A DNA stretch of 64,000 bases from Desulfocapsa sp. (lineage in GTDB: Bacteria > Desulfobacterota > Desulfobulbia > Desulfobulbales > Desulfocapsaceae): assembly GCA_030145625.1 (NCBI GenBank), contig JAQYVF010000007.1, forward strand, positions 22,607-86,606. Reading direction: 5' to 3'. The position numbers and the translations under genes are program-made. Position 1 is the first letter of the stretch, and the number at the start of each line of letters is the position of its first letter. This document shows positions 10,659-21,764 of the stretch, piece by piece. Under the pieces are notes generated by a model, which saw only the letters and a list, made by a program, of their open reading frames with translations, was not told where the DNA came from and made no database searches.

Positions 10659-11336
10659 ATGGAGAGAAAATATTTATGTTGTCCCTTGTGTGCAGGAGCA
10701 GTGGGAAGCTGTCATTTCTACAGTGATCGGTATCGTGATTATTACAGGTGTCCTCACTGTGATCTGATCCATGTACTACCCTCTCAATTTCTGTCCCTTG
10801 AAGCGGAGAAGGCTGAGTATGACAAACATCAGAATTCACCGGAAGATGTCGGTTACCGCAAATTTCTCGGCCGCCTGTTCACCCCGTTGAATAATCGACT
10901 CAGACCGGCCAGTTATGGCCTGGACTTTGGTTGTGGCCCAGGCCCGACGCTCTCTCTGATGTTCGAGGAAGCGGGGCATCAGGTAGGCCTGTTTGATTCT
11001 TTCTATGCCCCGGATAAACATCCTCTCACCCTGCAATATGATTTTGTCACCGCCAGTGAGGTGGTTGAACATCTTCATGCTCCGGCTGCAGAGTTGGCGC
11101 TGCTCTGGTCAATTTTGAAACCTGGAGGGTGGCTGGGGATCATGACTAAGTTGGCTTTGGATTTAGATGCCTTTTCCCGTTGGCATTATAAGAGTGATCT
11201 TACCCATGTCTGTTTTTTTTCCAGGAAAACAATGGACTGGCTGGCTGGACAGTGGCACACGAAAATCCTGCAGGTTGACAAGGATGTTTTTCTTTTTCAA
11301 AAACCATTATGCAAGAGTACAGCTTTTCAGGTTTGA
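10659..11336 (+). CDS. Class I SAM-dependent methyltransferase with N-terminal Cys-rich (Zn) domain
   Basis: CPLC..CPHC, LDFGCGPGP and EVVEHL motifs. Confidence 0.88.
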   Translation: MERKYLCCPLCAGAVGSCHFYSDRYRDYYRCPHCDLIHVLPSQFLSLEAEKAEYDKHQNSPEDVGYRKFLGRLFTPLNNRLRPASYGLDFGCGPGPTLSLMFEEAGHQVGLFDSFYAPDKHPLTLQYDFVTASEVVEHLHAPAAELALLWSILKPGGWLGIMTKLALDLDAFSRWHYKSDLTHVCFFSRKTMDWLAGQWHTKILQVDKDVFLFQKPLCKSTAFQV

Positions 11337-11624
11337 ATCTTCTTTCGGCTGGTTGATGGGTATCATGTTTGCGAGTGGTTCATTGAGTTGTTTAATCTTT
11401 TTTTAACTTTTTGGGACAGAATCTGAATTCACACCAGCGTGTGAACACTCTCTATTGAGTGGTAATTTCTATTCAGTTCTGTTGAATCTTTCCACGTGGG
11501 AGATTACACTGAAGGAGTTTCGTTATTTGATTAGCTGAATTGTGGTGATAACGAGTTAACTAGATACAAAACAATTTATGTTTCATGGTTGCTGGTACCC
11601 ACGATTTATTACTGGAGACAGGAA

Positions 11625-11972
11625 ATGTTTGAGGAAAAACGAAAGTTCAAACGTATTGCAAGTGAAGTTCTTGTGAGATTCAGCGAACAGGAAGTGGACA
11701 AGGGGACACAGCAATATTTGCAAGGTGTTGCCAAGGATTGTGGTTTGAGTGGGATGTTTCTGGCCACAGATCACTTGATGTCTAAGGGGAGTGTGGTTTC
11801 ACTAAACTTCCTGTTTCTTGATGATGAACAGGAGGTGAACATCCAGGCTAAAGCGATTGTTCGCTGGATCCAACGATTTCGTAAACCAAAAGGCATGGGG
11901 CTGGAGTTTTTTGAATTTAAAGGCCTGGAAGATCGCGATTTTGAACAGTGCCTGGAACAGTTGTTACAATAA
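11625..11972 (+). CDS. PilZ-domain protein (c-di-GMP receptor)
   Basis: EKRKFKR (RxxxR), DCGLSGMFL (D/NxSxxG-like), A(I)VRW..GMGLEF. Confidence 0.85.
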   Translation: MFEEKRKFKRIASEVLVRFSEQEVDKGTQQYLQGVAKDCGLSGMFLATDHLMSKGSVVSLNFLFLDDEQEVNIQAKAIVRWIQRFRKPKGMGLEFFEFKGLEDRDFEQCLEQLLQ

Positions 11973-12247
11973 GAACTTAGAATCATGATTTATTGATGAT
12001 TCAGAGGCGGTTATTTATTTTAAACTCAATGTGTTATGGTTGTTTTGTTGCAACCTGTTTATGTTTTGTTTAGCAGAGGGAGATTCTCCTGGGAAAAAGC
12101 TGCATTAGTCTGTTGGAGTAAGAAGGCGACGAAATTAAGATGAAAATCAAAACAAAACCGTACACAACTATATTCATCTACTAACAAAATCTCAACAATC
12201 AGCTCCTATCCTTCCGTTCAAGAATAATAGAACAAGGAAAGGAGATT

Positions 12248-12475
12248 ATGAAACGATACATTTCGATTGAAGAGAAGGCACTTATCAAAGCGGCAAAGCT
12301 TATCTGTGACCTGAAGTCTGGCCTCTGTCCCATGAATGAACCGGGGTTTTCCGGTTGCCCCCAGAGCTGCAGTGAGGATATCCGACCCTGGCAATGTTGG
12401 GTGACTTATCTCACCACCTTTGTTCGCGATAATGAAAAAACTCAGACAAAAGCAGTATTGAGGCGAGTGGCTTAA
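12248..12475 (+). CDS. Small Cys-rich hypothetical protein
   Basis: Strong AAGGAGA SD; 75 aa with 5 Cys (C..LCP..GCPQSC..PWQCW). Confidence 0.65.
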   Translation: MKRYISIEEKALIKAAKLICDLKSGLCPMNEPGFSGCPQSCSEDIRPWQCWVTYLTTFVRDNEKTQTKAVLRRVA

Positions 12476-12701
12476 AAAAAATCAGGGAATACGTTTTTAC
12501 AAAAAGATGTGTAGCCCTTTCTTTATTTATAAAATGAAAGAATAGATTCTCACTCTTTTCTACTTTTTTTCATCTGTAACATCCTCTGCTTCAACTCTAC
12601 TTACTTCCCACATGGATTTCACCCTTTAGAAATCACAGAATTTAAGGATAGGCAAGTTTCTCCTATTTGCCAGATGCTTGGAAATGGTGTAAGGGAAGGT
12701 C

Positions 12702-14723
12702 ATGGACAGACCCCTTGAACTCATAGCACCTTACAGTGCCTCTGGTGATCAGCCAGATGCTATTGCTGCTCTAACTCGTGGCGTGGAATCGGGTGCCCGC
12801 AGCCAGGTTCTCCTTGGAGTCACAGGATCGGGAAAGACCTTTACCATGGCCTCGCTCATCGCCAAGGTGCAGCGACCAGCACTGGTTATAGCTCCTAATA
12901 AGATTCTGGCGGCACAACTTTTTTCTGAGTTTAAGGAGCTATTTCCCAATAATGCTGTGGAATATTTTGTCTCCTATTATGATTATTACCAACCCGAGGC
13001 CTATATTCCCCAGTCAGATACCTATATCGAAAAAGACTCTGCAATAAACGATGCCATTGATAAAATGCGTCATTCGGCCACACGCTCTCTTCTCACTCGC
13101 AGGGATGTACTGATCGTTGCTTCTGTTTCCTGTATCTATGGCTTGGGATCGCCCGATGAATATAAAAATATGCATCTCTTTCTCAGGTGTGATGAGGACT
13201 TTCCTCCAGAAGATGTACAGAGGCGTCTGGTCTACATGCTTTATGAACGTAATGATATTTCATTTCATCGGGGGACATTCCGCGTTCGTGGCGATGTGAT
13301 CGATATCTTTCCTGTGCATGAGGAGGATCGCTCCATCCGCATAGAGTTTTTTGGAGATACCATCGACTCCATTGCTGTTATCGATCCCTTGCGTGGCGAG
13401 GTCTTGGAACGCTTACAGAAATATACCGTTTTTCCGGGAAGTCACTTTGTTACCTCCAAGGATCGCTTGCAGACCGCGGTGGAGACCATTAAGGTGGAAT
13501 TAAAAGATCAATTAAATTACTTCCATCATGAAAATCGACTGGTGGAGTTGCAGCGCCTGGAACAACGCACCATGTTCGATCTGGAGATGATTCAAGAGCT
13601 GGGCTACTGTAACGGTATTGAAAATTATTCCAGACATCTCACCGGCAAGGATCCAGGGGTGCCCCCCCCAAATCTTCTCGATTATTTTCCTGAAGATTTT
13701 CTTCTCTTCGTTGATGAGTCACATATTGGGGTTCCTCAGTTAAACGGGATGTACAAAGGTGATCGTTCACGGAAAAAGACACTGGTCAATTTCGGCTTTC
13801 GCTTGCCATCTGCCCTTGATAATCGGCCCTTGCGTTTTGAAGAGTTTCAAGAGCGTGTGAATCAGGTGGTTTATGTTTCTGCCACTCCAGGGGCTTATGA
13901 ATTGGAACAGGCTGAAGGAAGGATAGTGGATCAGATTATTCGACCCACCGGCCTTCTTGATCCCAGGATAGAAGTGCGACCTGCCGTCAGTCAGGTTGAT
14001 GATTTGCTGGAGGAGATCCGCCTGCGTACAGAGCAGGACGAGGCTGTACTCATAACTACTCTAACCAAACGAATGGCCGAAGATCTTACCGATTATTATG
14101 AAAAACTGGATGTCAAGGTTCGCTATCTCCATTCAGATATCAAGACGCTTGAGAGAGTGGAGCTCATCCGTGATCTGCGCAATGGTGAGTATAATGTCCT
14201 TATAGGTATCAACCTCCTGCGTGAAGGCCTGGATATTCCTGAAGTTTCCCTGGTGGCTGTGCTTGATGCTGACAAGGAGGGTTTTCTGCGCTCCGATCGC
14301 TCACTGATTCAGACCTGTGGGCGAGCTGCCAGGAATGTGAGGGGCATGGTTATTCTCTATGCTGAAGTGATTACCGGTTCCATGCAGCGGACTATTGAAG
14401 AAACGGAAAGGCGGCGAAAAATTCAGGAGGAGTATAATCAGGAACATGGTATTGTCCCGCAGACGATTCGCTCCAGAGTAAAGGATTCCATGCAGCAGCA
14501 TCTCAAGGCAAGCGGCTACCAGGCCGCTGATGCTATGGAGGCTGACCTGCTTGAAGCTGCAGAAGAGCTTCCAGTCTATTACACTATCAAGGAGCTGGAG
14601 ACAGAGATTCGTAAGCTGGAGAAACAGATGCAGGAGGCTGCCAGGGAACTGGCTTTTGAAGAGGCGGCAGCACTTCGTGATAAAATTAAGGTGTTACGAA
14701 AATTGGAGATAGAAATAGGATGA
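12702..14723 (+). CDS. uvrB: Excinuclease ABC subunit B
   Basis: [44 protein letters not shown] and a C-terminal UVR domain. Confidence 0.99.
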   Translation: MDRPLELIAPYSASGDQPDAIAALTRGVESGARSQVLLGVTGSGKTFTMASLIAKVQRPALVIAPNKILAAQLFSEFKELFPNNAVEYFVSYYDYYQPEAYIPQSDTYIEKDSAINDAIDKMRHSATRSLLTRRDVLIVASVSCIYGLGSPDEYKNMHLFLRCDEDFPPEDVQRRLVYMLYERNDISFHRGTFRVRGDVIDIFPVHEEDRSIRIEFFGDTIDSIAVIDPLRGEVLERLQKYTVFPGSHFVTSKDRLQTAVETIKVELKDQLNYFHHENRLVELQRLEQRTMFDLEMIQELGYCNGIENYSRHLTGKDPGVPPPNLLDYFPEDFLLFVDESHIGVPQLNGMYKGDRSRKKTLVNFGFRLPSALDNRPLRFEEFQERVNQVVYVSATPGAYELEQAEGRIVDQIIRPTGLLDPRIEVRPAVSQVDDLLEEIRLRTEQDEAVLITTLTKRMAEDLTDYYEKLDVKVRYLHSDIKTLERVELIRDLRNGEYNVLIGINLLREGLDIPEVSLVAVLDADKEGFLRSDRSLIQTCGRAARNVRGMVILYAEVITGSMQRTIEETERRRKIQEEYNQEHGIVPQTIRSRVKDSMQQHLKASGYQAADAMEADLLEAAEELPVYYTIKELETEIRKLEKQMQEAARELAFEEAAALRDKIKVLRKLEIEIG

Positions 14724-15391
14724 AAGGTGGCTTCTGGTATGGAGTTTCGCTACGCGTCGTTCCTTTTGTTTTTGTGTGGTTGATCCGGATCTGGTTTGCT
14801 ACCTGCCGCATCAGGATACATGGACAGAAATATAGGGATCAGATTGATGAGAGTAAGGGGCCTGCTGTGGCAAGCTTCTGGCACTATACTATTTTCTTTA
14901 TTTTTTATTTTATGCGGAAAGAATCAGCAGTGGCCATGGTCAGTGCCAGCAAGGACGGGGAGTATATCAGTCGGGTTGCCAATAAGATGGGATTTGCAAC
15001 AGTGCGTGGTTCACGGAAAAAAGGTGGGATGCAGGCCATTAAGGGACTGATTCGTTATATGCGTGAAGGACGAAATGCCGCCATTGTGGCAGACGGTTCT
15101 CAGGGGCCGGCCAGGGTGGTTCAGGCAGGATCTATTGTTCTTTCTTCTCGTGCAGAGGCGCCTGTTTTGCCTATGCTTTGGTCCTGTAACCGTTATAAAC
15201 GATTTGGTTCCTGGGATGGCACAGTTCTGCCTTATCCCTTTTCTCGCATCGATTTTTATTACGGGGAGCCTCTGGTTGTTCCGTCAAAAATCAAGTCGGA
15301 AGAGGTGGAAAAGTATAGGCTTATTTTGGAAAAACGTCTTAACGATCTCTATGACCAGGCGTGGAAGCAGCAGGGCAGGACTGAACATTAA
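14720..15391 (+). CDS. Lysophospholipid acyltransferase-family protein (DUF374)
   Basis: [24 protein letters not shown] and SWDG..LPYPFS motifs; ATGA overlap with uvrB. Confidence 0.85.
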   Translation: MKGGFWYGVSLRVVPFVFVWLIRIWFATCRIRIHGQKYRDQIDESKGPAVASFWHYTIFFIFYFMRKESAVAMVSASKDGEYISRVANKMGFATVRGSRKKGGMQAIKGLIRYMREGRNAAIVADGSQGPARVVQAGSIVLSSRAEAPVLPMLWSCNRYKRFGSWDGTVLPYPFSRIDFYYGEPLVVPSKIKSEEVEKYRLILEKRLNDLYDQAWKQQGRTEH

Positions 15392-15452
15392 TGGCTACCT
15401 TGCCTAATGATATTGTGTTAGCCCATTACGTTATTACTCTTATTTATAATTT

Positions 15453-16835
15453 GTGAAAATGACAAAAGGAATTGTGGTTGCCGGCCTTTCCGGCGGGTCT
15501 GGGAAGAGCGTGGTGTCCGTGGGCTTAACTGCGGCCTTGGCCCGCCAGGGAAAAGTGGTTGTCCCCTTTAAAAAAGGGCCTGACTATATTGATGCGGGCT
15601 GGTTGAAATTGGCTGCCGGAAGAAACTGTTATAATCTCGATCCCTACCTGATGAGTATGGAGAGTATCAGGGGATCTTTTCTAGAACAGAGTGCAGGGGC
15701 GGATGTAGTGATCCTTGAAGGCAATCGAGGTCTGTATGATGGTGTGAATCCCGAGGGCGGTTATTCTACAGCGGAGCTTGCCCTTACTCTTAACTTGCCT
15801 GTGCTTCTGGTGGTTAACTGTACCAAGACCACACGAACTGTTGCGGCCATGGTTCTTGGCTGTCTCAATCTGGATGACCGTATAGATATTCGAGGAGTCG
15901 TCCTGAATCAGATTGGCACCAAACGACATGAATCCATTGTCACCCAGGCGATAGAAAAGTATACGGGGGTACCCGTTCTTGGTGCTGTTCCACGTATGAA
16001 ACAAGATATCTTCCCCATGCGGCATCTGGGAGTGACTCCCCATCAGGAATATAAAGGCAGTGATGAGGCCATGGCGCTTCTGGCCAGTACTGCTGAAGAG
16101 TATATGGATCTGGATCGAATCGAGGAAATTATGGTGCCGATTGATCAGCCAAAGGCAGATCCCCTACCGAAAATACAGGGTAAAAAACTTCGTATTGGAC
16201 TGCTTATGGATGCGGCCTTTCAATTTTATTATTCTGAAAATCTGGAGGCTCTTGAACGTGGAGGGGCTGACTTAGTAGCTATTAATGCCATGGAGGAAAA
16301 GTCCCTTCCTGATCTGGATGGCTTGTATATTGGAGGTGGCTTTCCTGAGACCAGTGCCGGTGCACTGGCAGCAAATAAATCATTTCGCGATTCAGTCAAG
16401 GCTGCAGCAGCGGTAGGATTACCCATTTATGCGGAATGTGGAGGCCTGATATATCTGGGCGAGTCCATAGAACTTGAGGGGAAAGTGCATACCTTGACAG
16501 GAGTTTTTCCGGTACGGTTTGGCATGTCTAAAAAACCTCAGGCCCATGGCTATTCTATTTTTGAGGTTGATGAAAATAATCCGTTTTATCCGCTGGCATC
16601 TGAGGTTCGAGGGCATGAGTTTCGTTACTCTACTATTCTTGAATGGCTGGGAACTCCGGAAGAGTTAACTCTGAAAATGAAAAGGGGTGTGGGGTTTGTT
16701 GGAGGAAGAGACGGGTTGACCACCAAAAATGTCTTAGCGCTTTATACCCATGTTCATGCCCTGGGGACGCCGGAGTGGGCAGAAGGTTTCCTGGCCCGCT
16801 GTCGAGAGGTTAGGGAGAGAGGCCTGCGGGAATAA
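15453..16835 (+). CDS. Cobyrinate a,c-diamide synthase family amidotransferase (CobB/CbiA; may be DsrN)
   Basis: GGSGKS, FKKGPDYID, EGNRGLYDG, GGGFPE, YAECGG and GHEFRYS motifs. Confidence 0.9.
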   Translation: MKMTKGIVVAGLSGGSGKSVVSVGLTAALARQGKVVVPFKKGPDYIDAGWLKLAAGRNCYNLDPYLMSMESIRGSFLEQSAGADVVILEGNRGLYDGVNPEGGYSTAELALTLNLPVLLVVNCTKTTRTVAAMVLGCLNLDDRIDIRGVVLNQIGTKRHESIVTQAIEKYTGVPVLGAVPRMKQDIFPMRHLGVTPHQEYKGSDEAMALLASTAEEYMDLDRIEEIMVPIDQPKADPLPKIQGKKLRIGLLMDAAFQFYYSENLEALERGGADLVAINAMEEKSLPDLDGLYIGGGFPETSAGALAANKSFRDSVKAAAAVGLPIYAECGGLIYLGESIELEGKVHTLTGVFPVRFGMSKKPQAHGYSIFEVDENNPFYPLASEVRGHEFRYSTILEWLGTPEELTLKMKRGVGFVGGRDGLTTKNVLALYTHVHALGTPEWAEGFLARCREVRERGLRE

Positions 16836-16865
16836 AAAGGATATTTCCGCAGGCCGAATATTTAT

Positions 16866-17222
16866 TCAGTTGGTTGCAGGCATGGTGCCGAGCACCTTGG
16901 CGCTGATGATCTCTTTTTCGGATTCTGAGGGTTCAGGTTTAGCCCAGTGAATAAAGGCCTCGGTGACACGCATGAAGTCGCCGTTGTCTTCTTTACACTT
17001 GGAGCAAATACTCTCTGCCTGGTCTCGGTATATGATGATTTTGGAGGCTGCTTCACCATCTTTTGCAACAGCCGCCATTTTACGGCATCCGCATTCCAAC
17101 CTGACAATTACCACACCTACGCCCTCGGGACTGCCTTCGAGGATACCCTCAACCATGGCTCTTTCATTTTTCTCTGCCACTATGGCTTGCTTTGCTATGT
17201 TTTTCTTTGATTTTTTTGCCAT
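16866..17222 (-). CDS. Hypothetical protein with LECGC and CxxC motifs
   Basis: Natural composition, convergent with the CobB-like gene, four Cys in two pairs. Confidence 0.75.
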   Translation of the reverse strand: MAKKSKKNIAKQAIVAEKNERAMVEGILEGSPEGVGVVIVRLECGCRKMAAVAKDGEAASKIIIYRDQAESICSKCKEDNGDFMRVTEAFIHWAKPEPSESEKEIISAKVLGTMPATN

Positions 17223-17521
17223 TTTATTTCTTCCGTAACGAGTAAATTATTGTATGTAAATAAGGTAACTCACTATAAGACACTTGTGTCTGTGGTCAAT
17301 GTTTTTCCTGGTTTACCCCATGATGCTTATTGAAATTGATGTCCTTTTTTTCTTTTAGATCATTGGTGGGGAAATAGATTTTTGCTTGACAAAAAACAGG
17401 AGGTGAATTAATGGATCTATACACGCAACGTGAGTTTCATTTTGGTGGAAACGCCGTTGGATATTGTAATAGTATATTATTATATATATTCATTATTTTT
17501 TATTTATTTTAGGAGGTTATT

Positions 17522-17710
17522 ATGGCTTGGGAAGTAGTTGTAGATAAAGACAAATGTTCTGGTGATGAAGAATGTGTAAACGCTTGCCCTGCACAGGTGT
17601 TAGAGATGGTAGACGGCAAGGCTGAGCCTGTTGAGATGGATGAGTGTCTCGGTTGTGAGACCTGCGTTGAGGTTTGTCCTGAGGGCGCCATCACAGTAAC
17701 TGAAGTCTAA
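17522..17710 (+). CDS. Ferredoxin, dicluster type with CxxDxxC first motif
   Basis: CSGDEECVNACP and CLGCETCVEVCP; AGGAGG SD; own terminator. Confidence 0.95.
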   Translation: MAWEVVVDKDKCSGDEECVNACPAQVLEMVDGKAEPVEMDECLGCETCVEVCPEGAITVTEV

Positions 17711-17732
17711 TCTATTTAGAACTCGGTTTGTT

Positions 17733-17767
17733 ACAAGCCCATTCCTCCTTAGGGGGAATGGGCTTGT
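17733..17767 (+). terminator. Terminator-like hairpin after the ferredoxin
   Basis: ACAAGCCCATTCCT...GGGAATGGGCTTGT inverted repeat. Confidence 0.75.
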
Positions 17768-17944
17768 CGCGTTTAAAATTATGCAATATCCGGCCCTTGT
17801 AGATGCATACTATTTAAAGATGTAGGGTGTGTGCTCCACAGGAATCACTCAAAATATGGGTACAAATGGTCTTGGGTACCATGCGCACCATCAAATAGTG
17901 GTAGCTGAAGTTCATTACTCATCAGGAAATTTATTTTAAGAAAG

Positions 17945-18433
17945 ATGTTCCTAAAGACTATGTCAACGGCTGGAAATATTTCACGACTCAAACCTGGGGC
18001 TTCTCGTAGTGCTCATTTGCTTGTTTCCGCTTCCATTTGGACTGCTGTCGGCATCATGCTTATGCTGCGTGGTACTGCCTGGCTCTACTCAGTCGGTGGT
18101 TTATGGCTTTTAATCCCTGCCGTTGCCCTGGGAACTGGAAAGTCGCTTCTGGTCCTTGATAAATCTGCAAAGAAAAGCATCTACCGGATTGTTCGATTTA
18201 AGGATGGTAAGTGCCTTGGTGCAGTTTATTCGCTGAAGACCTGGCTGCTGGTTCTTCTGATGATGTCGGCAGGATGTTTGTTGCGCAATTCATCCCTGCC
18301 AAAGGAATTTCTCGGTGTGTTTTATGTGACTGTGGGCTGGGGCCTGTTTTTTTCCAGCAGGCATGCCTGGCGTACATGGCAGCGTGGGACTGATCACTTT
18401 CCTGACACCACTATTGATGGCAATAATTCATAA
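17945..18433 (+). CDS. Hypothetical 4-TM membrane protein
   Basis: Hydrophobic segments; ends 11 bp upstream of alr in the same orientation. Confidence 0.75.
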   Translation: MFLKTMSTAGNISRLKPGASRSAHLLVSASIWTAVGIMLMLRGTAWLYSVGGLWLLIPAVALGTGKSLLVLDKSAKKSIYRIVRFKDGKCLGAVYSLKTWLLVLLMMSAGCLLRNSSLPKEFLGVFYVTVGWGLFFSSRHAWRTWQRGTDHFPDTTIDGNNS

Positions 18434-18444
18434 ACTATTCTGCC

Positions 18445-19572
18445 ATGTCTCTTACCTCATTTAATCAGATCCGTGTAAGTTCTGCAGCTCTACGTCATAA
18501 TTACCGTCTACTGCAGCAAAGGGCAGGCAACGGAGTCAGGGTGCTGGCCATGGTCAAGGCTGATGCCTATGGTCATGGGATGGAAGAGGCAGCCGATGTG
18601 TTTGCATCTGTCGGGTGTAAGGATTTCGGGGTTGCTGAGATCGGTGAGGCCGTTCGACTGCGATCCGCCGGGGTCATCGGTAATGTTTTTGTCTTTCTTG
18701 GTTTCAGGCCGGAAGAAAGCGGGTTGTTTTTTGAGTATGATATTACTCCGATCATTTATGACCTGGAAAGTGCAAAATCCCTTTCCAGAGAGGCTCTGAA
18801 GCGAGGGCAGGAGAAAGTTGTACACCTGAAAGTGGACTGCGGCATGGGGCGTCTTGGCATTCTTCCGCAGGAAGTGGAAACCTTTGTGGCGGATCTGCAA
18901 GAGCTTCCAGGAATTGTGATAGGTGGTGTCCTCAGCCATTTTCCCAAGGCTGATGAATATGATTCTCAGCATAGTTTTGAGCAGTTTAGCCGCTTTGAAG
19001 GAGTCTCTGCAAAGGCGGGAAAGGACCGTTCTCTGGTAAAGCATATTGCAAATTCCGGGGGAGTGCTCTATTTTCCCGACACCTGTTGTGATATGGTACG
19101 GGCAGGAATTTCTCTTTATGGCTATTATCCTGATGGACGAGTGGGAAGAGAGCGAGAGAAAGGGGAAAAGCTGCAGCCGGCCATGTCTTTTATTACCAGG
19201 GTCCTGCAGGTTAAAACAGTTCCTGTCGATACCGGAATAAGTTACGGCCATACCTATATTACTAAAAGGGAGACACGACTTGCTGTTCTGCCTGTGGGAT
19301 ATGAAGATGGCCTCTCTCGCAGCCTGTCCAATATAGGGAAGGTACTTATTCGTGGGAAACGTGCTGTAATCCGTGGACGTATCTGCATGAATTTATGTAT
19401 AGTGGATATCTCCGAAATAGAAGGGGTCCAGTCCGGTGATGAGGCAGTAATTCTTGGTCCTCAGGGTAACGACTGTATCAGTGGCGACGAAATCGCAGAA
19501 TGGATGAACAGTATCTCTTATGAGGTGCTTTGTCTGTTTGGAAATAATAACGAGAGAAAGTACAGAGAATGA
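18445..19572 (+). CDS. alr: Alanine racemase
   Basis: AMVKADAYGHG (PLP Lys), HLKVDCGMGRLG, HIANSG, VRAGISLYG and GRICMN motifs. Confidence 0.98.
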   Translation: MSLTSFNQIRVSSAALRHNYRLLQQRAGNGVRVLAMVKADAYGHGMEEAADVFASVGCKDFGVAEIGEAVRLRSAGVIGNVFVFLGFRPEESGLFFEYDITPIIYDLESAKSLSREALKRGQEKVVHLKVDCGMGRLGILPQEVETFVADLQELPGIVIGGVLSHFPKADEYDSQHSFEQFSRFEGVSAKAGKDRSLVKHIANSGGVLYFPDTCCDMVRAGISLYGYYPDGRVGREREKGEKLQPAMSFITRVLQVKTVPVDTGISYGHTYITKRETRLAVLPVGYEDGLSRSLSNIGKVLIRGKRAVIRGRICMNLCIVDISEIEGVQSGDEAVILGPQGNDCISGDEIAEWMNSISYEVLCLFGNNNERKYRE

Positions 19573-21236
19573 TTCGTGAAAGTCTGAAAGAGATAGTTGA
19601 TACCTGCTTTGCTCAAGGGGTAAGTGAAGGAAAATGGTCGGATGCGGCTGCCGGGAAATATTCGCTGGAGGTCCCTAAACGAGAAGGTCAAGGGGATTTT
19701 TCCACGAACATGGCCATGGTCATGGCCGGTATGGAGAAAAAAAATCCCAGGGAGATTGCAGGGGCTGTGATGGAACTGCTCGCTGCTGAAGAGAAACTCA
19801 TTGAGAAACTGGAAATTGCCGGACCCGGTTTTGTCAATATCTTCCTGAAGCCTCAGGTGTGGCAGGAGGTTCTGAAACCTATACGCAAGGCAGGAGAAAG
19901 TTTTGGCAGTTCAACGGTGGGAAATGGGAAAAGGGTCCTCGTTGAATTCGTCAGTGCTAATCCCACCGGGCCATTGAGTATTGGTCATGGACGTCAGGCT
20001 ATTCTTGGCGATGCCATTGCCAGACTCTTGGAAATTACCGGTCACGAGGTTTATCGCGAATATTATTTCAACGATGCCGGGCGGCAGATGCGCGTACTCG
20101 GAGAGTCCACCCGTGCCCGTTATCTCGAACTTCAGGGCCTCCCCTTTGTGTTCCCGGAGGATGGGTATCAGGGTGAGTATATCAAAAATATCGCTCAGGC
20201 CCTTCTTGATGAACAAGGAGATTCACTTGTTGGTCAGGAGGATGTGAAACCTTTTACCAAAAAAGCGGTGGAGCTGATATTCGCAGATATTGCAGGTACG
20301 CTTGAGCAAATGGGGGTTCGCTTTGATAATTACTATAATGAGCATACCCTTTATGATAACGGACATATCGATTCGGTGGTGAGCGAGCTCAGAGAAAAGG
20401 GGCTGGTCTACGAAAAAGATGATGCGGTATGGTTCAAGACTACTGAATTTGGGCAGGAACAGGATCGTGTTATTATCAAATCCAGTGGTGAACCTACCTA
20501 CCGCCTTCCCGATATAGCCTACCACCGGGAAAAATTTCGGCGTAATTTCGATTGGCTGGTGGATGTTTTTGGCTCTGATCATATAGCCACGGTCCCGGAT
20601 GTCCTTTCCGGGGTGGAGGCTCTGGGATATGATCCCAAGAAAGTGACAGTGGTTCTGCATCAATTCGTTACACTGACCCGTAACGGGAAGCTGGTGAAGA
20701 TGTCCACTCGAAAAGCCACCTTTATTACTGTGGATGAGTTGCTTGAGGAGGTTGGTGCCGATGTAGCCCGCTTTTACTTTATGATGCGCAAGGCAGACAG
20801 TCAGCTTGAATTTGATCTCGATCTTGCCACCAAAGAAGAGAAGGACAATCCTGTTTACTATGTACAATATGGCCACGCCCGTCTCTGTTCCATCCTGCGC
20901 CGGGCCAAGGAAATGGGACTTGACGCTGAAAAAACAGAAGAGGCAGATCTTTCTCTTCTCGTGGAAGCAGAAGAGCTGCAGCTGTTAAAGAGTATCGCAG
21001 CCTTTCCAGCAGCTATTGAAACAGCAGCCTTGGAGCTTGCTCCTCACAAGGCCATATTTTTCTTGATGGAACTTGCAGGGGAACTGCATAGCTATTATAA
21101 TAAACACAAGGTGATAGATCCTGAAAACGTACCCTTGGCAGTAACTCAAGCCCGTCTTTGCCTGGTGGCAGGTGTGCAGCAAGTTTTTAGAAATGGCTTG
21201 CTGATGCTGGGTCTCACAGCCCCCGAGAAAATGTAA
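19569..21236 (+). CDS. argS: Arginine--tRNA ligase
   Basis: IAGPGFVN, VEFVSANPTGPLSIGHGR, KMSTRKA, NPVYYVQYGHAR, C-terminal APEKM. Confidence 0.98.
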   Translation: MIRESLKEIVDTCFAQGVSEGKWSDAAAGKYSLEVPKREGQGDFSTNMAMVMAGMEKKNPREIAGAVMELLAAEEKLIEKLEIAGPGFVNIFLKPQVWQEVLKPIRKAGESFGSSTVGNGKRVLVEFVSANPTGPLSIGHGRQAILGDAIARLLEITGHEVYREYYFNDAGRQMRVLGESTRARYLELQGLPFVFPEDGYQGEYIKNIAQALLDEQGDSLVGQEDVKPFTKKAVELIFADIAGTLEQMGVRFDNYYNEHTLYDNGHIDSVVSELREKGLVYEKDDAVWFKTTEFGQEQDRVIIKSSGEPTYRLPDIAYHREKFRRNFDWLVDVFGSDHIATVPDVLSGVEALGYDPKKVTVVLHQFVTLTRNGKLVKMSTRKATFITVDELLEEVGADVARFYFMMRKADSQLEFDLDLATKEEKDNPVYYVQYGHARLCSILRRAKEMGLDAEKTEEADLSLLVEAEELQLLKSIAAFPAAIETAALELAPHKAIFFLMELAGELHSYYNKHKVIDPENVPLAVTQARLCLVAGVQQVFRNGLLMLGLTAPEKM

Positions 21237-21506
21237 CGTGGGAGATCCGAATGAGCGGCTATGGTCTTCCCATGCCGCTTGCAGTGATTACGCACCGTTG
21301 GAGCCTGCTAACTGTAATGTTTAATTTGCCTCTATATGAAACTCAGCTACGAATCAGACTTTCTTCGACTATTGTTGTGTTCCTGCCATACAATACGACT
21401 TGGTAAAAAAACCTCCGCAAATCCAAGCTAGACAGAGCCCTAATAATTTGCTGGCTGAGTTTGCTTAAGAGGCACAATGTTTAATAGATATTGCTGAATT
21501 AACCCG

Positions 21507-21764
21507 ATGGCCGCAAGAAAACGAAAAAAAGCAGTACCAAAGATCAAATTCCAAGTGACGAAAAGCGGGATAGCCGGAATTGGCGTGGTCTGCTTTTGTG
21601 TTTTCCTCTGGATGTTTCTTCTCGGAGTGTGGGCTGGGCAATCTCTGCTTTTTCCGCCGGTGAGTGCAGACCAGCTTTCACCGGTACTGTATGATAGCGG
21701 AGAAGGAAAGCAGGTACTCGATGTTATCCGCATAGAGGCGGAAAAGAAAAAGATAAAAAGTTAA
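21507..21764 (+). CDS. Small bitopic membrane protein (basic N-terminus + one TM)
   Basis: MAARKRKK..one TM ending FLLGVWAG; located downstream of argS. Confidence 0.65.
   Translation: MAARKRKKAVPKIKFQVTKSGIAGIGVVCFCVFLWMFLLGVWAGQSLLFPPVSADQLSPVLYDSGEGKQVLDVIRIEAEKKKIKS

Noticed and set aside
18508..19251. Long antisense ORFs opposite alr, argS, the CHAD gene, nqrF and the MORN gene
   Set aside because: Reverse-strand shadows of well-supported genes, with no motifs.
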